DNA of 64,000 nucleotides from an uncultured Chloroflexia bacterium (lineage in GTDB: Bacteria > Chloroflexota > Limnocylindria > Limnocylindrales > CSP1-4), in assembly GCA_963716815.1 (NCBI GenBank), contig CAVQUM010000021.1, forward strand, positions 3,299 through 67,298, given 5' to 3'. The notes beneath the pieces were generated by a model that had not been told where the DNA came from, did not search any database, and saw only the letters and a program-made list of their open reading frames with translations. The position numbers and the translations under genes are program-made. This document shows positions 56,233 through 64,000 of this stretch, piece after piece. Position 1 is the stretch's first letter. Each line of letters starts with the position of its first letter.

Positions 56233-57733
56233 CTATTCCTTGACGATGCCGTAGGCCGGGAACTGCGAGTTCAGACCGTTGATGGGGTAGCCGCTGACGT
56301 CCGCGGAGGCCACCACCAGCTGCGGGTACAGGTACAGCCACACGCTGGCCGCATCCTTGGCGATCTGCTCGTTGACGAGCTTGAGCTTCGCCGTCTGCTC
56401 TTCGACGGTCTTGGACGCCTCGGCTTCGGCGACCCAGGCCGTCACCTGCGGGTTGTCGTAGCCCCAGTAGAAGTCGGGGTTGCCGTACCAGACCACGTCG
56501 CGGTCGTTGACGTGCTCCTGCAGCGTCGCCTCGAAGTCCTGCTGCCTTGAACACCTTCGAGTACCACTCGTCGGAGGTGATCGGGTTGATGTTGACGGTC
56601 ACGCCGACCTTGGCCAGCTCGCTCTTGATGAACTCCGCGACCAGCGGGTGGGGATCGTAGGTCGGCGTGTCGAGCGTGAACTCGAAGCCGTCCGCGTACC
56701 CGGCATCGGCCAGCAGCTGCTGCGCCAGCTCGGGATCGTACGGGTTCTCGTCCACGAGATCGATGTACCAGGGGTCCGTCGGCGGGACCATCGAGCCGAT
56801 GAGCGTGCCCTTGTCGCCCCAGACGGCGTTGAGCAGCTTGGCGCGGTCGATGGCCGAGTAGACGGCCTTGCGCACCTCGACCTTGTCGAACGGTTCGACG
56901 CGGTCGTTGAAGGCCATCAGCTCCTTGGTCGTGGAGGTGCCGTTGTTGACCACGTAGTCGGGGTTGTCCTCGAACAGGCCGAGCGCATCCGGGCTCTGCA
57001 CGTTCGTGACGATGTCGACGGCATCGGTGAGCAGCGCGTTGCTGAGGGCCGTGGCATCGGTGAAGTAGTTGAAGACGACTTCCTTGTTGGCCGCGGGCGT
57101 GCCCCAGTAGTCATCGAACCGGCTCAGGGCCAGGGCGCTACCGCGCGTCCACTGGTCCAGCACGTAGGGGCCGGTGCCGTCTTCGGTGGTCGTGAAGTCC
57201 GTGGCGTCCTTGTTCATGACCCAGACGTAGGTCAGGTTGTAGATGAACGAGATCGACGGGCTCTCGAGCGTCACCACGAGGGTGTCCGGAGTCGGTGCCT
57301 CGATGCTGGCGATGGCACCGAAGCTCGACCTCCGAGCCGACTGCGATTCGGGGGCGAAGACACGCTCGATGCTGAACTTGACATCCTCCGACGTGACTTC
57401 CTTGCCGGAATGGAAGTGCACTCCTGGCTTGAGCTGGAAGGTATACGTCAGGGCGTCATCGCTGAGTGTGTAGCTCTCGGCCAGTAGCGGCACGACGTCG
57501 CCGTCGTCTGTGAGCTGGAACAGGCTCTCGTAGACGTTGCCGTTGAACGCCTCGGTGACACCCTGTCCGCCCCCGGCCGTGTTGTCGAGGTTCTGCGGTT
57601 CGTACAGCGAGCCGATGTAGATGGATGCGTCGGAGGAGTCATCTGCCGCCGCTGCCACCAGGGATAGGCTGCCGCTGAGGGCGACCGCGGTCGCTAGCGT
57701 GCTCGCGAGGAGCGTAACCATTGGTCTCTTCAT
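56233..57733 (-). pseudogene. Peptide ABC transporter substrate-binding protein (family 5), one frameshift
   Basis: AAGGAGGG 6 nt upstream of the ATG at 57733, with signal peptide MKRPMVTLLASTLATAVALSGSLSLVAAAA. The C-terminal QQDFEATLQEHVNDRDVVWYGNPDFYWGY... lies in ORF 56233..56496, joined at about 56546. Confidence 0.8.
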
Positions 57734-58032
57734 CGAGTCCCTCCTTGGGTCTCCGTGTCGCTTGTCGAACGGGCCGTGCCTGTAGCGGACTGACATCGAT
57801 CCGGAGACCGGTTGGCGAGGGAACGGGGCACGGGCCCTGGTCCGGCGCCGGTCGCCGCGGTCTTAGTCGCCGGCGTGACACATCCGTCAGCGAGCGTCCC
57901 TGGCAGGACTCGATCTCGCTGCTTCGGCATGCCTTGGACTGCAGCATATCGTACCGTCAGCCGTGGCCCGAGCTCGCTTCGAGCAAGAGCCGTGGCCATC
58001 CTGGCTACCCATGATCGTCGCGGAGGGAGGCC

Positions 58033-58518
58033 ATGACCCACAAGACAGTCGAGATTCACCATGACCGCGAGATGCGCTTTGTCGCTCGCACGGGTACGGG
58101 TCATGAGCTCGTGGTGGACGACCGCAACGGTGACAGCGGGCCACGGCCCACCGAGTTGCTCATCGCTGGGCTCGGGGGGTGCACCGCCATGGACGTCATG
58201 GCGATCCTGGTCAAGAAGCGTCTGGAGCTGACCCGCTTCGATGTCCACGTGCGTGCGACCCAGCGGGCCGCGTATCCGCAGATCTTCACGGACATCGACA
58301 TCGTGGTCGAAGCCGAGGGCCCGGGCGTGAGTGTCGCGGCCGTCCGCCAGGCGATCGAATTGACCGCCCGGAAGTACTGCTCGGTCGGAGCGATGCTCGC
58401 AGCCGGGGAAACGGTGATCCACCACCGCTACCGGGTGATCGGGACGGGTGCGCTGCCGTTCGACGAGTCAGGGGAGGTCGGGGTCAGCGGGCCCTTTGCC
58501 CGACCAGAGGCCCTCTGA
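58033..58518 (+). CDS. OsmC/Ohr family protein
   Basis: GGAGGGAGG upstream. Reads GPRPTELLIAGLGGCTAMDVMAIL...ELTARKYCSVGAML, carrying the two conserved Cys. Confidence 0.85.
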   Translation: MTHKTVEIHHDREMRFVARTGTGHELVVDDRNGDSGPRPTELLIAGLGGCTAMDVMAILVKKRLELTRFDVHVRATQRAAYPQIFTDIDIVVEAEGPGVSVAAVRQAIELTARKYCSVGAMLAAGETVIHHRYRVIGTGALPFDESGEVGVSGPFARPEAL

Positions 58519-58519
58519 G

Positions 58520-59340
58520 GGCAGGACGCGCTCGACCGCGCGTGGCCGACTGGGCTGCGCCTCCACGGCCTGCACCAGTCGGGTCGTGCTCAGCAGAACG
58601 CGGCACTGAGGACTGGAGCCGCCCCCCGTGCTCTCCCGGTGAAAGTGGGCTGCGTCCGGAGGGGTCAGCCGGGCCAAGGCGGCCTGAGCGACCGCTCGGG
58701 ACCCACTGAGCCGCCCATCCCAGCGGCGACGATTCCCACTGAGAGCCAACAGGACGTGGAGCGGGAGACGGGGTCCGGACCCGCGACATCCAGCTTGGAA
58801 GGCCGCGCCCGCGTAGCGCTGTGGCACCGTGCTCGAGAGCGGAGTGAGAGCCGTCCAATGACTGTCTCCCCAGGCCCAGGCGGACCCGACGGACCGGGGG
58901 GCGGCTCGTCTAGCAGATCGTGGTCATCGCCCATGTCGGCGGACCAGGCACGATCACCTGTCCCCGAGCCAGGGGATGACGACCGCGCCGGACGCCACGC
59001 CGAAGCGGCAGGAGGCGGTGCCACCGAGGGCCAGCTCGAAGCGGCACACGGGAGCGGGATCGTCGGCCGGGCCGATGTCATCGACCCGGCCCGACGCAGA
59101 TGGAGGAGGGGGAGAACGTCCGTGCGCGTCTTGGGACTGCGGGGCGATCAGGGCGACGCCAAGCGTGGAGTCGTACGGATGTGCGGGAAGCCGAACGGAA
59201 GGAGGATGAGGAGGGATGCCCGATCGGCGTACAGGACGCGACGAGCTGGCCGAGCGGCGAACCTGGCTGCCAGCCAGGCGCTGATCGCGAGGGCGATGGC
59301 CGGCCAGAAGGGGATCTCATGGCGGTGGAGTGTGAGCGTG
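58520..59340 (-). pseudogene. Decayed gene downstream of arsR (possibly alpha/beta-hydrolase-like), multiple frame breaks
   Basis: The GTG at 59340 overlaps the arsR stop (GTGA). Its first 66 codons read VSTLTLHRHEIPFWPAIALAISAWLAARFAARPARRVLYADRASLLILLPFGFPHI and then stop. Protein-like pieces continue in other frames (VVIPWLGDR, GDDHDLLDE, TVPQRYAGAAFQA). The family call is weak. Confidence 0.35.
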
Positions 59341-59341
59341 C

Positions 59342-59680
59342 TCACCCGAGTACCTCGCGGAGGGCCGCGCCCGCCGCCGCGAGCGCCTCCTCGTCGCGCT
59401 CGTAGTAGACCCAGCGGGCGTCGACCGCGTGACGGCTGGTCCGTACCAGGCCAGCCTCGCGCAACTTCGCGAGGTGGTTGCTGAGGTTGTTCTGCCGCAC
59501 GTCGAGCGCGGCGGCCATCTCGCACACGCAATGGGGGCCGTCACGCAGGATGGCCAGGATGCCGGCGCGGACGGGGTCGCCGATCAGCGCCGCGATGCCG
59601 GCCGACGCTCCGATGTCGGGGGCCGGCAGATCGAGGCGCGGCCCAGGCAGGATCGGCAGCTCGGCTCGTGGGGCGATCAT
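59342..59680 (-). CDS. arsR: ArsR/SmtB family metalloregulator
   Basis: Reads ALIGDPVRAGILAILRDGPHCVCEMAAALDVRQNNLSNHLAKLREAGLV. Its ATG overlaps the acr3 stop (ATGA). Confidence 0.85.
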   Translation of the reverse strand: MIAPRAELPILPGPRLDLPAPDIGASAGIAALIGDPVRAGILAILRDGPHCVCEMAAALDVRQNNLSNHLAKLREAGLVRTSRHAVDARWVYYERDEEALAAAGAALREVLG

Positions 59681-60840
59681 GAGCGCATGGTCCCCGCTCT
59701 CGCCGAGCCGGTCGAAGACAGGTCCTCGCCCGCGCCGGTCGAGCCGCCGAAGAGGCGTGGCCGCAAGCGCATCGCGGCCCACACCAGGAAGAGCATGACC
59801 GGGACCTCGATGAGCGGGCCCACGACCGTGGCCAGGGCGACCGTCGGGCTGAAGGCCGTGATGGCGATAGCGATGGCGATCTCGAAGTCGCGCCCGGTGG
59901 CGTTGAAGGCGACCGCCACGCCGTCCTCATAGCTGAAGCGCAGGCGCGAGCCAATGAATAGGACGAGCAAGAACATGACCGCGAAGAAGATGGTCATGGG
60001 GATGGCCATCTCGAGCACGATGCCCGGCTGCTCGAGGATGAGGTCGCCCTTCAACGAGAACATGACGATGAGCGTGAAGAGAAGGCCGATGATCGACAGC
60101 GCGTTGAGGCCCGGTTTCAGGTGGTCCATGGCCGCCTCGCCACCGCGTCGCACGACCGCCATGCGGGTGAGCACCCCGGCGAGGAGCGGGAGCCCGAGAT
60201 AGAGGATGACGCTCTGGCCGACCACGAGGACGTCGAACTCGACGTTGCCGATGAGCAAGCGGGCATACACCGGGATGAGCAGCATCTGCAGGACCGAGTT
60301 GACGGCCACGAACACGAGGGCCATGGGCACGTTGCCCTTGGCCAGGTAGGTGAAGATGATGACCATCGCGATGCAGGGCGCGAGGCCGTAGAGGACGAGT
60401 CCGGTGTGGAGCTCGGGGTCGCTGACGAAGAGGTTGGCCAGCAGCAGCATGAAGAACGGGGCGATGGCGAAGTTGAAGAACAGCACCACCGCCAGCTGAC
60501 GCGGCGAGCGGAAGGCCGTACCGACCTCGCCGAGGCGCACGTTGGTCATGGCCGGGTACATCATCATGAACAGGCCGATGGGCACGCCCAGGCTGATGGC
60601 ACTCGCGACCGAGAGTTCGAAGGTGCCGTCCGCCATCGCCTTGAGGGCGTCGATGGGCGGGGTGAGCTCGAAGTCCGAGATCGACAGCGCCTTGCCGATG
60701 GCGATGCCGATGGCCATGCTGACGATGACGAAGACCGGCAGCAGGCGGAAGTCCTCGAGCTTCTGGAGCAGACGGCTGGCGTTCATGGACCCCCGGTGAC
60801 CGTAGCGTGCTACCTCATCGATGAATGTGTCATCGAACAC
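59677..60840 (-). CDS. acr3: ACR3-family arsenite efflux transporter
   Basis: About 10 TM. Reads MMYPAMTNVRLGE, GLAPCIAMVIIFTYLAKGN and VAFNATGRDFEIAIAIAI. The start may be the internal ATG at 60786. Confidence 0.8.
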   Translation of the reverse strand: MFDDTFIDEVARYGHRGSMNASRLLQKLEDFRLLPVFVIVSMAIGIAIGKALSISDFELTPPIDALKAMADGTFELSVASAISLGVPIGLFMMMYPAMTNVRLGEVGTAFRSPRQLAVVLFFNFAIAPFFMLLLANLFVSDPELHTGLVLYGLAPCIAMVIIFTYLAKGNVPMALVFVAVNSVLQMLLIPVYARLLIGNVEFDVLVVGQSVILYLGLPLLAGVLTRMAVVRRGGEAAMDHLKPGLNALSIIGLLFTLIVMFSLKGDLILEQPGIVLEMAIPMTIFFAVMFLLVLFIGSRLRFSYEDGVAVAFNATGRDFEIAIAIAITAFSPTVALATVVGPLIEVPVMLFLVWAAMRLRPRLFGGSTGAGEDLSSTGSARAGTMRS

Positions 60841-61198
60841 TGAGATGTCACAGGGTCATCCGGCATGTCCCGGAGAGCCGGAGGTTGGCACGACTGACAC
60901 CTGGGGGTCTCGGTTGGCCGGTGCGAGCAGGCTGCCTCAGCCTAGGGTTGGCTCAGTCCGCGCTGCCGACCCGCGGACCGAGCCACCCCGCAGGTGATCG
61001 ACGACGTCCCGGGACTCGGCCCCTCCGGCACCGGCGGATCAGTAGTCCGCTCGACCTGGCTCGTGCCGGGCCCGAGACCGATGTGACGAACGCCACAGGT
61101 CGCGCACGTCGTATCGAGGGACAGGCGGCCATCGAAGGAGAGTGCTACCCCACCGCGCCAGCCAAGTGGGGCGGTCCTACGTGGTGCATCATCGGGTC

Positions 61199-61936
61199 AT
61201 GGACACCTTGCAGCGCATCCGAGCAGCGAGCCGGATCCCGCCGCCCTCGACCTCGCCTCATGAGAGCCGGGCGACGTCGTTCCTGCGGCCGGCCGTCTTC
61301 GGCGGCAGCGACGGGCTCGTCTCGAACCTGGCGCTGGTGATGGGTGTCGCCGGTGCCACCGCCGACAACCAGGCCATCGTCATCGCGGGCATCGCGGGGC
61401 TCCTCGCGGGCGCCTTCTCGATGGCGGTCGGGGAGTACATCTCGGTCCGCTCGCAGCACGAGCTGTTCGAGTCGCAGCACCGGCTCCAGGAACGGCAGCT
61501 CGCGGAGGACGAAGCGGGGGAGCGCGCGATCCTGGAGGGCATCTATCGGGACCGCGGTTTCACGCCCGAGGAGGCGAGCTCGATCGTGGCGACGCTGTTC
61601 GCGACACCCGATCGGGCACTCGATGCGATGCTCCGCGACGAGGTCGGGCTGGACCCGCGCGTCATTGGCGGCCCGTGGGCCGCGGCGACCAGCTCCTTCA
61701 TCGCCTTCGTCTCCGGGGCCATCATCCCACTGTTGCCATTCCTGCTCCTCAGCGGCACGCCGGCCTTCGCCGGGAGCGTCGCGCTCTCACTCGCCGCCCT
61801 CTTCCTGCTTGGCCTCGGCGTGAGCTTCCTCACCGAACGGCCGCCCGTGCACTGCGGCCTGCGCCAACTCGGACTCGGTGGGGTCGCCGCGCTCGTCACA
61901 TACGTCATCGGCCAGGCCATCGGCTCGGCGCTCTGA
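61199..61936 (+). CDS. VIT1/CCC1-family iron/manganese transporter
   Basis: Reads AVFGGSDGLVSNLALVMGVAGA...AGAFSMAVGEYISVRSQ and a cytoplasmic acidic helix region, followed by three C-terminal TM segments. Confidence 0.8.
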   Translation: MDTLQRIRAASRIPPPSTSPHESRATSFLRPAVFGGSDGLVSNLALVMGVAGATADNQAIVIAGIAGLLAGAFSMAVGEYISVRSQHELFESQHRLQERQLAEDEAGERAILEGIYRDRGFTPEEASSIVATLFATPDRALDAMLRDEVGLDPRVIGGPWAAATSSFIAFVSGAIIPLLPFLLLSGTPAFAGSVALSLAALFLLGLGVSFLTERPPVHCGLRQLGLGGVAALVTYVIGQAIGSAL

Positions 61937-62094
61937 GTTCGCACACGCTGCGATCACGACTTTCGGGACCGCAACGGCCCGCGACCTGCCACTGAGCACA
62001 ACGGAGACGGTGCACGCAGCCCTCGCATGGCGGGTCCCTGGTCGGTAATCTCGATCGACTGGCGCCATCGCGGCGCCACCGAGGAGAGCAGGGC

Positions 62095-64000
62095 ATGGGG
62101 GGAGCACTCGACCGGTTGGACGCCTATGCGGCGCGCTTCCTGCTGCCCCTCACCCTCGGTGGCCTGCTCCTGGGCCTGGCGTTCTCGTTCGGCGGTGATG
62201 AAGCCGCGGCCACGCTGTGCTGGGCCATCCCGTCGTTCCTCGTCGGCACCTGGCTGGCCCTTTCGATCATCCGCGATCTCTTGCGCGGTCAGGCCGGCGT
62301 GGACCTCATCGCCGTGCTGGCCATCGCGGGTGCGCTCCTGCTGGGCGAGGCGCTGGCAGCAGCGGTCATCGGCGTCATGCTGGCCACCGGCGAGTGGCTT
62401 GAGCGCTACGCCGCCGGACGCGCCAACCGGGAGCTTTCCGCGCTCGTGTCCCGCGCGCCGCGGGTCGTCCATCGCTATCACGCTGGCGGTATCGAGGACC
62501 GCGGGATCGTCGACGTGTCGGTGGGTGACCGGCTGCTCGTCAAGCCAGGAGAGGTCGTGCCCGTGGACGGCACCGTCATCGGCGAGCCGGCGGTCCTCGA
62601 TGAATTGGCGCTCACCGGTGAATTGCGCCTGGCCACGCGCGAGGCCGGCGACCCTGTCAGCTCCGGGACCGTCAACGCCGGGGCGCCCTTCGACCTGCTC
62701 GCCACGGCCACCGCGGAGCACAGCACCTACGCCGGCATCGTCCGCCTCGTCGAGGAGGCCCAGTCCTCCAAGGCGCCGTTCGTGCGCATGGCCGACCGCT
62801 ACGCGCTGCTCTTCGTGCCGCTCACGCTGGTCCTCGCCGGCGTCGCCTGGCTGCTGTCGGCGGACCCCGTACGGGCCCTCGCCGTCCTCGTCGTGGCCAC
62901 GCCCTGTCCGCTGCTCCTGGCTGCGCCCATCGCTATCGTCTCGGGCATCAGTCGCTCGGCCAAGCGGGGCATCATCGTCAAGGGTGGCGGAGCCCTGGAG
63001 GCGTTGGCTCGGGCGCGCGTGATGCTCTTCGACAAGACCGGCACGCTGACGGCTGGACGCCCCCACCTGGCGGAGGTCGTGGCGGCACCCGATCGTACGC
63101 CGGAGAGCGTGCTCGGTATGGCGGCTTCGCTCGAGCAGGTCTCTCCCCACGTGCTAGCGGCCTCCATCGTCGGCGGAGCCCGCGAGCGTGGCGTGGCCCT
63201 GACACTGCCCGAGAGCGCGACCGAGGTCCCGGGCGCGGGCATCTCCGGGACCGTCGACCGCGTCCGCGTCCAGGTCGGGACCGCCGAGTTCGCGGGCAGT
63301 GGTGCGGCCCTGCCGCCGTGGGCGCGCGACGTGCGTCGCCGCGTGAGTCTCGAAGGCGCCACCGGGGTCTATGTCGGTGCGGACGGTGTCCTCGTCGGGG
63401 CTCTCGTCCTCGATGACCCCATCCGACCCGAGACCCCTCGCGTCATCCGCTCGCTCCGTCGGGTCGGTGTGCGACGCGTGGTCATGGTAACCGGCGACCA
63501 CTACGGCGTGGCCGACCTGGTCGCGGCCGCCATCGGAGTCGACGGCGTCCTCGCCGAACGCACCCCGGCCGACAAGGTCGATGCGGTCGTCGGCGAGAAG
63601 CGCGAGGCCGACGGCATCCTCGTCATGGTCGGCGACGGCATCAACGATGCTCCGGCGCTCGCCAACGCCGACGTCGGGGTGGCCATGGGTGCGCGTGGGG
63701 CCACCGCCAGCTCGGAGGCCGCTGACGTAGTCATCACCGTCGATCGGCTCGATCGACTCCCCGAGGGCATCCGCATCGCCCACCGAGCCCGACGCATCGC
63801 CCTCGAGTCGGTGGTCATTGGCATGGGCCTATCGCTCGTCGCCATGCTCGTCGCGGCCGCGGGCTACCTGCCCCCGGTGGCCGGCGCGCTGGTCCAGGAG
63901 GCCATCGACGTTATCGTCATCCTCAACGCTCTGCGAGCCCTCACCGGTGGCGTCGAGCGCTCACCGAAGATCCCCGGCTGGGGCGACCTGAGCGCACGGC
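62095..64000 (+). CDS. P1B-type heavy-metal ATPase with a TPCP transmembrane motif and no N-terminal metal-binding domain (3' end outside the window)
   Basis: I translated this frame by hand, because it is absent from the ORF track (no stop before the window end). GAGGAG lies 8 nt upstream of the ATG. Motifs: LTGE, VATPCPLLLAAP, DKTGTLT, MVTGDH, GDGINDAPAL. Confidence 0.85.
   Translation, partial: MGGALDRLDAYAARFLLPLTLGGLLLGLAFSFGGDEAAATLCWAIPSFLVGTWLALSIIRDLLRGQAGVDLIAVLAIAGALLLGEALAAAVIGVMLATGEWLERYAAGRANRELSALVSRAPRVVHRYHAGGIEDRGIVDVSVGDRLLVKPGEVVPVDGTVIGEPAVLDELALTGELRLATREAGDPVSSGTVNAGAPFDLLATATAEHSTYAGIVRLVEEAQSSKAPFVRMADRYALLFVPLTLVLAGVAWLLSADPVRALAVLVVATPCPLLLAAPIAIVSGISRSAKRGIIVKGGGALEALARARVMLFDKTGTLTAGRPHLAEVVAAPDRTPESVLGMAASLEQVSPHVLAASIVGGARERGVALTLPESATEVPGAGISGTVDRVRVQVGTAEFAGSGAALPPWARDVRRRVSLEGATGVYVGADGVLVGALVLDDPIRPETPRVIRSLRRVGVRRVVMVTGDHYGVADLVAAAIGVDGVLAERTPADKVDAVVGEKREADGILVMVGDGINDAPALANADVGVAMGARGATASSEAADVVITVDRLDRLPEGIRIAHRARRIALESVVIGMGLSLVAMLVAAAGYLPPVAGALVQEAIDVIVILNALRALTGGVERSPKIPGWGDLSAR

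Noticed and set aside
60841-61198. The 350-bp and 300-bp intergenic regions (60841-61198 and 57734-58032), considered as possible ncRNA or riboswitch loci
   Set aside because: I could not recognise any known riboswitch core (TPP, cobalamin, SAM, glycine, ykkC-type) or any strong conserved structure by eye. A covariance-model scan would be needed.

Overview
Very GC-rich (not computed), gene-dense chromosomal segment with an actinobacterial character: leaderless or short-leader starts, large LuxR/AAA regulators, a TIGR00028-type VapC remnant, a deazaflavin-type DDN-like reductase, and DUF1918, DUF4397 and DUF302 proteins. I recognised no rRNA, tRNA, CRISPR array, transposase or integrase. Left to right the window holds: an unusual heme-copper oxidoreductase pair, a cell-wall amidase, a large LuxR-type regulator, and two ECF sigma/anti-sigma modules, each with a secreted paralog of the anti-sigma sensor domain. 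Next come a LacI-controlled CUT2-type sugar ABC operon, an ADP-ribosylglycohydrolase fused to a Cys-phosphatase domain, a DUF2202 protein with a two-component system, feoABC, and cydABDC. These are followed by a cold-shock gene, two TetR units, a Fur-family regulator, fetAB, a peptide ABC operon, acr3-arsR, a VIT1 transporter, and a PCP-motif P1B ATPase cut by the window end. The strongest candidate for new biology is the heme-copper oxidoreductase at 109-2321. In its subunit I the first CuB histidine and the cross-link tyrosine are both aspartate, which resembles a nitric oxide reductase site, and its subunit II has lost the CuA cysteines. The second candidate is the repeated layout of ECF sigma, anti-sigma, and a secreted copy of the sensor domain, including a four-fold repeated NTF2-like domain ending in RHDC. 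The dominant technical feature is at least 32 single-base frameshifts inferred by following protein similarity across frames. They are strongly clustered: about 17 fall in the sugar ABC operon, 4 in the LuxR gene and 3 in cydA, while none fall in cydBDC or the peptide permease and ATPase genes. I cannot tell from the sequence alone whether these are real gene decay or consensus indel errors.
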